This document shows positions 61,737-64,000 of a stretch of DNA of 64,000 nt, one piece after another. The first letter of the stretch is position 1, and each line of letters opens with the position of its first letter. A program made the translations under genes and the position numbers. Source of the DNA: a bacterium (GTDB taxonomy: Bacteria > Patescibacteriota > Minisyncoccia > UBA6257 > UBA9933); NCBI GenBank assembly GCA_021796335.1, contig JAJYHZ010000001.1, positions 80,360 to 144,359 on the forward strand, read 5' to 3'. Below the pieces are notes generated by a model. The model saw nothing but the letters and a program-made list of their open reading frames with translations, did no database searches and was not told the DNA's origin.

Positions 61737-61763
61737 TCAGCACACTTGAACCGTTAATACTAA
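61737..61763 (+). promoter_or_regulatory. degenerate CIRCE-like operator
   Basis: TCAGCACAC-N9-TAATACTAA downstream of TTGACG-N17-TAATTT and upstream of groES. Confidence 0.4.
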
Positions 61764-61850
61764 TATACAAATGCATATTAATGAAACAAATAATATGAAT
61801 TCGTTGCCATTCGTATCATTAATAAAATTAGTAGATTATTATTATTTATT

Positions 61851-62138
61851 ATGCAAATAAAACCATTATCAAATCGGGTTTTTATTGAACCGGTGGAAGA
61901 AGAAAAAACCACTAAATCGGGAATTTTAATTCCTGAAACAGCCGAAAACAAGCCGGTAAAAGGAAAAGTGTTCGCAATCGGAAACGGCAAGCTGAACGAA
62001 AAAAGCGAACGAATCCCCATGTCCGTGAAAGTTGGCGATATTGTTTTATTTAAAAAATACGGACCGGATGAAATTGAAATCGAAGGTAAAAAATATCTTG
62101 TCGGCGATGAAGAAGATATACTTGCCATTCTTGAATAA
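61851..62138 (+). CDS. groES: co-chaperonin GroES
   Basis: IKPLSNRV, TKSGILIP and VKVGD motifs. Confidence 0.97.
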   Translation: MQIKPLSNRVFIEPVEEEKTTKSGILIPETAENKPVKGKVFAIGNGKLNEKSERIPMSVKVGDIVLFKKYGPDEIEIEGKKYLVGDEEDILAILE

Positions 62139-62264
62139 ATCAAGAATGGAAATTTCTAATTTCTAAATCCTAATTATTCTAAATTATAATTACTGACTAT
62201 AATTTACTGATTACTGACCATGGCAAAAAATTATTTAAATTTTGCTATAGTCCATAGTCTGTAG

Positions 62265-63917
<1,653 letters not shown>

Positions 63918-64000
63918 CCTACAAATGCCACTCCCAAACATGGGCTTGGGAAAATTTTTGCTTTATTCGTATGTTTATGCGATCACATAAATACACAATA

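Overview
AT-rich bacterial chromosome segment that resembles Patescibacteria (CPR, Parcubacteria-like); this is inferred from trimmed core proteins, an unlinked 23S-5S rRNA locus and SD-poor housekeeping genes. It carries ppsA, tsaD, rodA, mltG, rpoBC, rpsF-ssb-rpsR, htpX, a single-chain mitochondrial-type PheRS, infB-rbfA, proS, mreBC, valS, tpiA, znuBC, rmuC, groES-groEL, 7 tRNAs and a 23S rRNA with three structured insertions. The most unusual feature is a ~4.0 kb large-serine-recombinase element at tRNA-Ser(GGA). Its layout is tRNA|core|rc(A)-recombinase-A|core|B-cargo-rc(B)|core, with perfect 133-bp (A) and 163-bp (B) inverted repeats sharing a 7-bp core. This places an intact, inverted attP-like site inside the element. 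It predicts two independently invertible modules, a switchable recombinase C-terminus, and an excised circle with two inverted att repeats (2-micron-plasmid-like layout). A diverged fourth site lies downstream. Also present: self-contained SD-bearing ORFan cassettes, several repeat families (some inserted in frame in core genes), a candidate ncRNA, a NUDIX pseudogene and a degenerate CIRCE. All calls were made by eye, without database searches.
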